33,455 bases of DNA from Macrostomum lignano (taxonomy: Eukaryota): assembly GCA_002269645.1 (NCBI GenBank), contig NIVC01003395.1, forward strand, positions 1 through 33,455. The letters run 5' to 3'. Shown piece after piece: positions 19,942 to 31,843 of this stretch. The translations under genes were made by a program, and so were the position numbers. The notes below the pieces were generated by a model. It was not told the origin of the DNA and did not search any database. It was given only the letters and a program-made list of their open reading frames with translations. Positions within the stretch are counted from its first letter, which is position 1, and each line of letters begins with the position of its first letter.

Positions 19942-22900
19942 ATGGATCAGAACAGCGAGGCAGAAAAGCAGCGAGCGTATATGCGAAATTACATGTCTGA
20001 CTATCGGCGTGGCATAAAAAGACGCAAGGAAACTGCAGTAGCCCAAGCAGGCAGCAGTGGCAGCGCAAGCAGAATGCGCGAATTACGCCATCGCAGGCTC
20101 ATGGAAGGGCTAGACAATGTTGCCGAGGACGTCCAAGCCGGTGCTCAAGGTGTTGCCGACCTTGTCGACGATGCTCATGATGCTGTCGGCGATGTTCAGT
20201 ATGCGGCCGACATTTTCGACCATGGCCATGAGGGTGCAGAAGAAGGCGACAATGCCCAAGCAGACGAAGAAGAAGGCGACGATGCCCAAGCAGACGAAGA
20301 AGGCGACGATGCCCAAGCAGACGAAGAAGAAGGCGACGATGCCCAAGCAGACGAAGAAGAAGGCGACGATGCCCAAGCAGACGAAGAAGAAGGCGACGAT
20401 GCCCAAGCAGACGAAGAAGGCGACGATGCCCAAGCAGACGAAGAAGGCGACGATGCCCAAGCAGAGGAAGCCCTCAGTGCCTTTTTATCGGTGCCGCTAT
20501 TCGAAGGCAAATCAGCCTCATTGGGCGAGGCTGTAAGGCTTCTTGAGACATTTTCTTTAGCAGCCAAGATAAAGAGGCCCGACATGAAACTCCTGCTGCT
20601 TACGCTGCACAAAATATTTCCAGGCTGCAACCTTCCACGGTCGATATTCAAATACTCGCAGCTTACCAAAGCAGTTGCGACTCGAGCTGTGCACGGGTCC
20701 ACGAAATGCTATTCTGTCTGTACTCAGTGTGGTGGTACATCACCGGGTCGGAACGTCCCGTGTACGACTTGTGACACATTAGACGGTCCTGCCCATTTTT
20801 GGTCATTCGACCTCGCAGCGCAGCTCCAACAAAAGATTAGCAATGGCTTGCTGATAATTTGTGCTGCGATGGTTTTTCTGTGCATTCAACTAGCCACACA
20901 GAAGTGTGCCCAGTGTACCTCACCATCACTGAAGTGATTCCGAGACTTCAGTGGAAGTTCGTAGTACTGTGCGGCCTCTGGGCCGGAAAGGTAAAGGTCC
21001 AGGCAGCATCGTTTATTCCCATTATCGCCAAAGAACTGAATAAACTGCGGACGTCAGGTGTTTCTGTCGGCGATGGTACAGCACATCGGCTACGGTTCCA
21101 TCCCATGTTGGCAATATTTGATGCTCCTGCTCGGGCCGATGCTCTTGGAATGCGTCGTTTCAACTCAGTGTATGGATGTGATAAATGCTACATAAAAACT
21201 CGTCCTCAACCGTCAGGATACGGTCGGTATTATCCCACGGATATCACACCTGCAATGCTAAACGCTGCTAGAGCGAAAGGGTGCATGGAACCCTCCGTGA
21301 GAACACTAATGGACACACATGCAGTAGCTGCGCTCCAGGCCGAAAGAGTACACCACCCCGGACTGCGTGACGCAGGGGATACTCTGGGAGTCAAGTTCAC
21401 TTCCCCTCTGAGTGGCATACTCGGATTCGACTATATTCAGGCCACGCCACCATGCTATCTGCATCAATTTTTGTCCGGCCCGGCTAAGCAGATGCTGTCT
21501 CAGCTGTTTCTTATCAGGCGAGACAAGCCTGACCCGAATGTTTTGCAACCTGATTTGAGCAGCAAGCTGCTGGATGTAGACAGTGAGGTACGTTCTTTCA
21601 TTACGAGGGGTGTCCAAAAAATAGTGATACTTTTAACCGTAGCTCTCGTTCTGTAGCTTCCTGTGATTTAAAATTTTATGAACTGATAGCGGAAAATCTC
21701 TTCTACAGACTGCTTTTTGAATTTTTAAAATTGATCCCAGAGAACAAAAGTTATACCCACAAAAGTAACAGTACCTGTACCATAGAGTTACACAAATTAT
21801 AGGCTGAGCTTCACGAGATCCATGCCGAGTAAGCTTCGATGAATTGTTGATTTCGGCTTGTCCAACCTGTCAGCGATCTCTCTAATGGTCATTCGGGAGT
21901 CCTCGTCAAGAAGATTCAGAATGGAGTCCGCCAGTACATCAGGTCGATGAACGTATGGCCGCCCCGTCCAATGCTGATCTGCCAAGTCAATCCTTCCCTC
22001 GCTGAACTGCTCCATCCATCGATAAACTGTCATTTTGCTGACCGCAGAGGATCCGTGCGCAGAGCAAAGTTTTGCGTGAATTTCTGAGGCACCATGGCCA
22101 GCGCCCCAAAGAGTGAAGATAGTACTTTGCTGAGCAACAACTGAGTGCACATTCATGTGTGTTGTCGAGTATGGGCAATGAAATCATGAACGAATCGCAA
22201 AATGCAAGCGATCCTCTGTTTGCAAGTAAAGCAATGCATTTAATGCTTTATTTTTCTGCGCCTGATCCCGTCCATAGATAAATTTCAGTCAGTCACAGTG
22301 AGTATCATTTTGCAATTGGGGTTTGGTATTGCTTAAACAAGACATTTATCGATGCCTTCTTAATGAATGAGTGCAGAAGTCGACTATTATAAATTTCGAT
22401 ATAATTTGTGTAACTCTATGGTACAGGTACTGTTACTTTCGTGGGTATAACTTTTGTTCTCTAGTATCAATTTTAAAAATTCAAAAAGCAGTCTGTAGAA
22501 TAGATTTCCCGCTATCAGTTCATAAAATTTTAAATCACAGGAAGCTACAGAACGAGAGCTACGGTTAAAAGTATCACTACTTTTTGGACACCCCTCGTAC
22601 TTAGTTCCTAATTGAACTTTGCTTGTCGCGTGTTGCTTATTTGAACATAATTTAATTTCAGGTTGCAAGAATTAAAGTTCCACAAGCTATTCAGCGAATC
22701 CCACGCCGACTTGCTGAGTTGAAAAGGTTCCGTGGACACGAATACGAGGCCTGGCTTCTAGTGTATGGCCCTATGGTATTAGATTCATTCCTTGAGGTTC
22801 GCTACAGCGATCATTTAAATTTATTTAAAGTGCTTTCGTCCACGATGTTCTGGCTTAGCCTTCAGAACGGGCCAAAAAGTGAGTTACCTCACGTGCGTAC

Positions 22901-23678
22901 TACACTCCGATACGTGTTTGCAGCGCTGGCTCGCCTGTACTCCGTTCGAGCGCAGTCTTACAATGCTCATCAAGTGTGCAGTCATATGACGGACTACGCA
23001 TATCTAGCTGGACCTGTGCACCAACAGTCTGCTGGACTCATGGAGTCGATGCACTGCCGTCTCAAAACGCTTCTACATGGTTCTCGCTTGCTTGACGTCG
23101 AGCTGGTGAACACTGTCGAACGGCAGCTTGCGGCTGACCAAGATTTTGCATGCGTGTCTCGCCTGGAAGCGTCAGCGAATACAAGACCGTGCCGTGCGTT
23201 CCGACGCTTCGGAAGTGTTGTGGCGCAACGAAAGAGACAAACTCAAGGGCGATTTTGGATGGCTGCTGAATTCGACAATGGACTGTTTGTCGAGACATTT
23301 AAATTGCAAATGCGCAACCGTCGTCGCGTCTCCTGTTTTGTAGCCATACAACATCGCGAAGACCTATCTTTTGAATTCCTTCGTTTGAAATCCATTGTCA
23401 ACACAGATGATGGTCGGCTGTGCGTTGCTGTGCAAAATGTCGCAGTGGAAGTTCCCCCCGCAGTGGAGGAACCTCTCTATAAATTGTCAGGTGTTCCTGA
23501 TGAAGCTCAGGATCGTGGATGCCGGTTTGCTCATGTGCGTCGTCTTCTGTGTGATCCATTCGTTGACACTCTGCCTGAACCAACTCAAGAAGTCGACATC
23601 AATGAGATAGTTGGCTGCTGTGCGGTGTCCGAAACGCACATCGCTCTGCTACCTCACGTGCAGCTTCCAATGGGCTAA
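19942..23678 (+). CDS. EnSpm/CACTA transposase, join(19942..~20850, frameshift, ~20859..21587, 22662..23678), ~885 aa; possibly pseudogenised
   Basis: Motifs in order: PLF.G...LP.S...C..C..C..C, CCDG (D1), DAPARA (D2), N..YGC.KC, CYLH, R.PR.L...K.F...E...WLL.Y, YNAH....H, GP...SA..ME (E). Phase-0 intron GAG|GTACGT (21588) to ttcAG|GTT (22661). Frame change near 20850. Confidence 0.88.
21604..22597 (-). mobile_element. Non-autonomous mariner derivative, copy 2, inside the transposase intron
   Basis: Same length (994 bp), ends and TA TSD as copy 1, offset 2780 bp; no differences seen by eye. Confidence 0.95.
21797..22156 (-). pseudogene. Mariner DNA-binding-domain-only ORF, copy 2
   Basis: Translation identical to 19017..19376. 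Confidence 0.88.
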
Positions 23679-24004
23679 ATGCGTTTTATTACTGTTAAAT
23701 GTCTGCCGCAAGACAGTGTACACCAATTTGAATTGTTTATTTCGGTTGTCCTCGTACTTAAGTGGACTAGCGTATTGCTCCTAAACTACTTATATACTTA
23801 CTTAGTTTTATACTTAAAGTTCATCTTTCAGTGGTAGCTTTATTTGTGTTACAAATCCTGCCAATTTCCTGTGCTTTTTATTCTTAGTATCTCTAGCCTT
23901 TGTAATACATTCAGCTACAGTTATCGCGACCGCACGCGTTGCGTGCCGACTTTTCATTAGTTCAAACTCGTTTCACTCCTCTCGAATTCATTGCAGCGAG
24001 TACT

Positions 24005-24724
24005 ATGAAAAGACATAGTAGAGAAATTTCTAATTGCACAGGGTGGTTAAGTAAGCGAACTTATGCGGCTTCCCGACAAGCGGCTGCTGCTGCTGCGACC
24101 GCCGATGCTGCCTGTGCTGCGACCTTTGCTGGTAGTGGTGCTGCGGCTGACAGCTGCGAGCACCTTTTTGAGAACCTTTTCTGCGATGATGACTCCGCTA
24201 CAGCTGTTGCTGCTACACCGAGTGCTGCCTCCGCTACAGCTGTTGCTGCTACACCGAGTGCTGCCTCCGCTACAGCTGTTGCTGCTACACCGAGTGCTGC
24301 CTCCGCTACAGCTGTTGCTACTACACCGAGTGCTCAGCATGTGAAAGCACAGCTGGAGGAAAAAGTTGCGGTGGCATTTTTGCGCGTCGAAGTAGCATTG
24401 CAGGTTGGAAATCGGAACTTATTTTTTTCCTTACCCTCTGACACTTGAGTTCTGTTCTTTATTACACAGTAACTGTTGCACAAACAGGAAGCCAGACTGG
24501 CGATTGAAGAACTAGAAGATTGGAAGAGCGCCGATAATGCTCAATCGAAGAGTGACACCCAAACACCTACGCTAGCATCGCCAGTGTTTGCGAAAACAAT
24601 CAACGTATGTTCATACAACGACTACGTTGGTGGTGCCAGACACTGGGCTGACGATGGCATGAATGAAATACTCGCTGCTGTAGCAGCTGAATCAGAGGCA
24701 ACTATCTACACAAACGAAGTATGA
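24005..24724 (+). CDS. Orphan transposon ORF, join(24005..24403, 24488..24724), ~211 aa, Ala-rich with SATAVAATPSAA repeats
   Basis: ATG 24005 lies in ORF 23939..24448. Phase-0 donor CAG|GTTGGA (24404) and in-frame acceptor taactgttgcacaaacAG|GAA (24487). No family recognised. Confidence 0.45.
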
Positions 24725-25516
24725 ACGAATAAAAAATTCGTGTAGTATATTTGTATATTCTGTATTACTAATTTTGTGCAAGTGCTGTCTATGCCACATG
24801 TGTACAACTGTGTACAGTGCTAATTGTGTACAACTAATTGTGTGCAAATAATTATATAAAAGTAACTGTTTACCACTAGTATGTAGTAGTTGTAACAAAT
24901 TGTTAACACTTAACTTTCCATTACTAATTGTGTACCACTAATTGAGTGCAACTAATTGTATACAAGTAATTTTAACCACTAATATGTACTAATTATATAT
25001 CAACAATTGCATGTAACAAATTTTTATTAGTAGTTGATCAATTTCGGCGTTTCGTCATAACTTCTTGCACCTAATATCGAGAGTAGATAATTTACTATAA
25101 TATATATTAAGCATCATTCCCTTTCCATCAACATTAAATAACGGGTTTTTATCAATGAGATATATTGTATGTACGGATACATTTGAAAGCATTACATAAA
25201 TAGGTAGCACATACTGCATCGTCATCGTCATTAGTTCGTATTTGTACTTTGTAGTGTCCTGTATTGCATATTTCCTTTTTACAACACACTTGAGGCCTAC
25301 TACCCAGTGTCACATGTCCTTTGATGTCCCCCGAGATCTCGTGAGCAGCTTGACCAGGTCGAAAAGCAGGTATAGAACACGACAGCTGGGCTTTCAGTAG
25401 TAGGCTTTCAGTTAGAGTTTCAGTTAGTTACGAACATTTGCAGGCGAATAGCTACAAACACCTACTGTTTACTTCATACAGTAATTGCGGCATACTGTTT
25501 CAGAGATTGCTAAAGA

Positions 25517-27006
25517 ATGAGAGGAAAAGGTAGCGCAGCAGCGTCATCTTCTACTTCAACAGCTGCAACTTCCAAACGCCGACAGCTTCCGCCCAATTAT
25601 GTCGACTTTAAAAGTAGTAGAAAAGAGGATGAATCCCGTTATTGGTGTATTAAATATGACGCGTCAGCCAACGGCGTCATCCAATACGGGCCAGTGCAGG
25701 AGGGCCACATTATTGGCCGCCACGAAGACGAAAAAGGCGATCTGGCCCACAATATGCGTGTTCTTGTGGTGCCAGCAAAAGACATTCGCGTCGGAACGCG
25801 TTACAAAGGCTTGATATGGAAAGGCCCTCACGGAACGCTTGCGGCAGCCCAGGAGGCTGTAGCCTTGGCGAAGCGTCCTTCAGAGACTCCAGCTGCCATC
25901 AGATGCCCATCCTGCACCAACATGTTGCAGCAGATTAACGAGCAAAATAAAGTGGAGGACTCGCTTCGTAAGTCTGGTATCAGTTGACGATAAGCTTAAA
26001 TCAAATGACTATAAATTACTCATTTATCTTTCGTACATCTCCTTTAGGCCAAGAACTCAGGCAAGCGCGGCAAAAACTTTCCGAAGCGGCCGAAGAAATC
26101 GACCAGCTGAAGGCCCGCGGCTGCGATGAGTCACTTCGATGCGATTCTGGGACTAGCGATGCAACCTTGTTGCAAATTAAGCAGGTCGTAGCACGCATGC
26201 ATAAGCGCTGTTACCAATCCTGCGTTTTCGCCGAAGAATTGTTTCGGGTCATTGGCGATTTGCCCGGCGAGAACGCTGCCACCGGCGAAGACGAGAACAA
26301 TAATTGCCAGTCAACGGACCTGCAGCCGCCAGAGCATCAATCCCAGCAACGTTCTGCAACTGGTGTTTACGTCCGCGGCAGCCTCAGTTCGGGACAGACT
26401 GACGCGCTACATCGAAGCATGCAGGCTGTTTTAGAACAGCCTGCTGTCGCCCCGAACACGTCATCTGGCAATCTCGTGCCGATTTCAGAGACGGACGCGG
26501 AGTTTGCAAATTTACTTGTCACGTTGCAGGACCGCACAGCCATAGAGAAAAATTTAACTGAGCTGTTGCCCATGCAGCAACGATGGGGTGCTCAAACAAC
26601 GGAGGCGACGGAACAGCAAAAAAGGAAGCTGCAACGGACGAAGTTCGCTTTTATTCGCTGAATTCTTCGCGCGGTCTTTTCAAATGAAGAATTTTTGACG
26701 ACAACGTTTTCAGGTCGCCGCGCCGCCTCCCGTGGAAGTGGAGCCCCTGGGTCACGCGTTCATGCTGCCAATTCAGCAAAACTAGAGCTCGTGGCTGCCT
26801 ACTGCAGTCGAAAAGGCGTGACACTAGAAGAGGACGATGTTCACGATTGTTTTAAACGTTGTCGCGAAACTTCCATTTACAACTCAAAGCCTGAGGAAGA
26901 TCGGAAGCAAAAGAATGAAGCTACTAAGGCGCGTAACAAAAGGAGAAGAGAGCAGATAGAGCCGGAGCAGGAAACACCAGCTAAACAGCCAACGACTACT
27001 GCATAA
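25517..27006 (+). pseudogene. Transposon accessory protein with coiled coil and C-terminal BEN-like domain, join(25517..25967, 26048..27006), one in-frame TGA at 26659-26661
   Basis: Phase-1 intron C|GTAAGT...tttAG|GC keeps the frame. ORFs 25984 and 26695 share a frame. FIR*ILRAVFSNEEFLTTTFSG...NSAKLELVAAY...DCFKRCR fits the BEN pattern (LFs.EEL...s..G...Ld..k...i). Confidence 0.7.
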
Positions 27007-27461
27007 TTCAATAACAAACGTTCTACACGTCCTTTTTTGGAAACCACTAATTACTAACTACTTGTTCCCACTAATTGTGCTTATCTTTTTATTTCTATTT
27101 GTATCCACAGATACTAGAATAACTAGATGAGCCACTCCGGCATATATACTTTGCAAAGCAGCTTTCTACTTTCAGTTCAGTAGCAAAGAAGAATACATAG
27201 GTTATTTATAAAAAATAAGGAGGCAGTTGAAACGACTTTGATAAGTTAAGAAGCATAAAAAGTTGCAGGCGTAAACAACTCGCTAATTAGTTCAGCAGTA
27301 GTGTACAATAAAAATTAGGGATGGGCGGGGAGTAGTGTGGAAATGCGCAAGTGGAGGGTTCAAGCGGGGGTAAGAGCCAATAAAATGAGCTTTGGCTTGA
27401 AAAATATATTAAAATGCTTCTCTTTCACTTGCTACTGAATTGAAAGTGTAGCTGTTTTCCA

Positions 27462-27845
27462 CTAACAGCGTTTAACTACTTGTTTTCCACTAACTGCGTT
27501 TAACTACTTGTTTTCCACTAACTGCGTTTAACTACTTGTTTTCCACTAACTGCGTTTAACTACTTGTTTTCCTCTAACTGCGTTTAACTACTTGTTTTCC
27601 TCTAACTGCGTTTAACTACTTGTTTTCCTCTAACTGCGTTTAACTACTTGTTTTCCACTAACTGCGTTTAACTACTTGTTTTCCTCTAACTGCGTTTAAC
27701 TACTTGTTTTCCACTAACTGCGTTTAACTACTTGTTTTCCTCTAACTGCGTTTAACTACTTGTTTTCCACTAACTGCGTTTAACTACTTGTTTTCCACTA
27801 ACTGCGTTTAACTACTTGTTTTCCACTAACTGCGTTTAACTATTT
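27462..27845. repeat. 28-bp minisatellite (ccactaactgcgtttaactacttgtttt) inside the transposon 3' region
   Basis: Read directly. Confidence 0.95.
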
Positions 27846-28029
27846 GTTAAATATAAATATAATATGCTATTAAATATAATAACATTCTTTCCCTTTTTGT
27901 CAACTAAAATGCACAAAAGAATTGCTACAATTTATTCATTTGAATTAACAGAATCTATCCGTACGAGCGAAGCAGCAGATTATGCTGCATTATCCTTTGG
28001 AAAACTAAATTAATGTGAAAATCGGCACG

Positions 28030-28345
28030 ATATAGCCGGATACATTTCCGGACTTACGTCCGGATTCAATGCACATATTCGGATGTTTCGTCCGGATAAA
28101 AACGTGATATCCGGATGAAACATCCGGATATGTGGCTTCAATCCGGCCTTATAGCCGGATACATTTCCGGACTTACGTACGGATTCAATGCACATATTCG
28201 GATGTTTCGTCCGGATAAAAACGTGATATCCGGATGAAACATCCGGATATGTGGCTTCAATCCGGCCTTATAGCCGGATACATTTCCGGACTTACGTCCG
28301 GATTCAATGTACATATCCGGATGTTTCGTCCGGATACAGAACTAC
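28030..28345. repeat. Subterminal ~119-bp direct repeats (about 2.5 copies) rich in TCCGGA/ATCCGGAT
   Basis: tagccggatacatttccggacttacg recurs near 28032, 28151 and 28270. Confidence 0.9.
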
Positions 28346-28492
28346 AATATCCGAACAAAGCATCTGGATATGTAAAGTTGGCGTCACTTATCCGAAGAAA
28401 CGACCGGATATTCTCCCACTGAACAGATGCAGAGAATGTCCGGCCGAAATTAAAAAAATCTGAACCGAAATCCTGCCCTATTTTCCAGCGGG

Positions 28493-29273
<781 letters not shown>

Positions 29274-29367
29274 TCAGGCTTTTAAACTAAGATTGACTGC
29301 AATTTTCAATTTGGATTTTATTTGAAAAATCATATTTTCTTAGCCAGATGTGTTGGAAGCATCTTTA

Positions 29368-29535
29368 ATGTGTCCAAAGCAGCTCAGATGTGTCTCTTAG
29401 TATGTCCAAAGCAGCTCACTGAGCTCAGATGTGTCTCTTAGTGTGTCTAAAGTATCTCAGATGTGTCTCTTAGTGTGTCCAAAGCAGCTCAGATGTGTCT
29501 CTTAGTGTGTCCAAAGCATCTCAGATGTGTCTCTT
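29368..29535. repeat. ~30-bp tandem repeat (gtgtccaaagcagctcagatgtgtctctta) upstream of the ARF ATG
   Basis: Read directly. Confidence 0.88.
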
Positions 29536-29844
29536 TGGTCTTATTTAATATTTTTAATACTAAAATAGATTTAGAAAAAAAAGTAAGCATTTTGTCTAAA
29601 GTTTAGTATTTATTATAAATATATTCTTGGAACTATTCTATATAGGAAAATCAAGATACCTTTATAAAAACTTTAAAATGTTTACAAAAACTAGAAGTAT
29701 ATAAAAATTTGATCTTAATTCATTTATATTCTAGTAATGGCTTTACATAGTCAACTTCAAGATTCAGGAAGAAAAATCTTTTTCTAGTTCAAATTCTACT
29801 AGCCCAAATACTGCAATTAAGCCTAAGAGTGGTCATACATGTGC

Positions 29845-29992
29845 AACCTTGGGAATCACCTGGCCATTTCTATTGGCAACATATACATGTAAGTCGCTAT
29901 TGGCTGAGAGCAGTCACATGAATACTATTCCATCCAATAGCAACTTACATGTGTGTGTTGCCAATAGAAACAGCCAAGTGAATCCCAAGGTT
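29845..29992. repeat. MITE-like inverted repeat, ~59-bp arms (29845-29903 and 29934-29992)
   Basis: aaccttgggaatcacc...gctattgg versus ccaatagc...gaatcccaaggtt are reverse complements with several mismatches. No TSD recognised. Confidence 0.8.
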
Positions 29993-31843
29993 ACGCCCAA
30001 GCATGAGAGTGGTTGAGAGAATAAGCTGACAAATCACGGACACATGTCCATTGCGTTTACAAAATTTTTCAGTGTCACGTTGCGGTGGAATCTTTAGCAG
30101 GTGGTGTTGCATTGTGGAGGAGTCATCAAGCAGCTGGTGTCACATCGCCATAGCAGAGTCCATGGTTTTGTTTGGTAATGGTAGTGTTGCAACACTGTTG
30201 CAGTTGTCAGTTAATTAATGAACATATAGTCAGAAACTGTATCTGGGTCTTCATTTTCCAGGTTTTTGTTAACGTAAATGTCCTTATGTCAAAAATGAGC
30301 TTCTTGTAATTTTTAATTTTATCCTCTTCTTTTTTGTTTCAACTTACTTTTAAGTCATTTACAATATAACATGTGAATAGATAATATTTGCTGTTGTGGA
30401 CTTGAAGTTAAAGTTTCTTGTTCTCTAGTTTTGATTTTGACATTTTTTTGCTAATGACAAACATTGAGAATTGAGTGAACTGAACTCAGATGAAGTGACC
30501 ACTAGGCCAGCTGCTAGCCTGCTATGAATTATGAAAAACAAGTAACAAGTAATACTTGTTAGTTACAATACATGTGCTGTTTTTCTAACTGCTGTATCGT
30601 TGTTGTTTTATTTTTTATTGTTTTTAAATTTCATTTTTTTTCTGTGAAATTGAAAGGAATACTCTCATCCCTCGCCTCATGGTCTCAGTCTCAGGAGTGA
30701 ATGGCAGAACAGGAATTGTCAATTTAAGTAAATGTTCCCCCCTAGTCATTTGGTCAATAGACATTGGTGTCGCGTCGCCCCCCCCCCCCAGTCAACAAAA
30801 TTTGGTACAATTTTGGCACCCATGTTGCGCATCGCATCTGTGGGTTTTTGAAAATTTTTCTAATAGGGATATACACTGTCTTTGATTTTCCATCTTTTTA
30901 GCAAATATAAATAATATTTTTTTAAACTTGTATGTACAATACTACTAAAAGTAAGCATATGTTAAATAATTACCTTATTTATTTGAAACTTGAACTAATT
31001 AGTTAATAATTGAAAGCCAAATAGTTTATAATAAAATATAAATAGGAAGGTTGTTTCAATAGCATTAGCTGGCACAATAGAAAATTATAAAAGATTGGGA
31101 AAGAAATGAATCAAAGCAATTGATGCTTAGTTAAATATACAACCAATAAAGTTCACAATTTTAATTTATTATTAAAGTTCATTAGTAAGAAATTGTTATA
31201 TTTGCATGATCATTGTCATAAACAAAGAGATTATTTAGGCATTTTAGGCCCACTAACAATAAGTTTTTTATTAACTTACAAAATTATTAATGCAAATTTG
31301 TTTAGGCCGATCCATTAGTTCAAAAATATCTTAGGGCCTAATGGTATATATAAGCCCTATTCAATTTCATATAAGCAAAATACAAAGCCAAAGGTTTATT
31401 TAAATTACATATGTCAGCATATTTACAAATTGCCTACAATTAGGCCTAATATAGGCCTACACTAAGCCAAAGCTGCAAAGGTATATATACCAAAGCATTA
31501 AACAAAGTCAAAGATCTATTAATATAAGTTTGTGTATCAAGTATTCTAGGCTTATTCTATTTATCTAAGCTGTGTCCAGCAATGTAGGCCTAGAGTGCAC
31601 CAGTTCTTCCATTTCAAATCAAAGTGGCCATAGCCCATCATAGCTCATAGAGTCATAAATCACTGATTGGTTAAGTTTTGACTTGGCTCTAATTCATTTT
31701 AAGCAGTGAGAATGAGACAATGTCTTGACTATGCCCTGTCCAGCAAAGAAACCTATATTAACTTCAATAGAATAGGCTTAGTCAGTCCAAGGTAGGCGGC
31801 CTAATCTAACCACATATTTAGTAATAGGTCTAGGCCCTTACAC

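Larger units (their letters stand above)
18190..28492 (+). mobile_element. EnSpm/CACTA (CMC superfamily) DNA transposon, 10303 bp including nested inserts
   Basis: Perfect 17-bp TIR CCCGCTGGAAAATAGGG (18190-18206 and 28476-28492), 2-bp TSD CA, subterminal TCCGGA-rich repeats at both ends, and an internal CACTA-type transposase. Confidence 0.92.

Noticed and set aside
21604-22597. Mariner insertion as the inactivating lesion of the EnSpm transposase
   Set aside because: It lies between in-frame GT/AG sites, so it is intronic.
30679-30885. 68-aa ORF
   Set aside because: Short, in AT-rich intergenic DNA, with no motif or supporting splice context.
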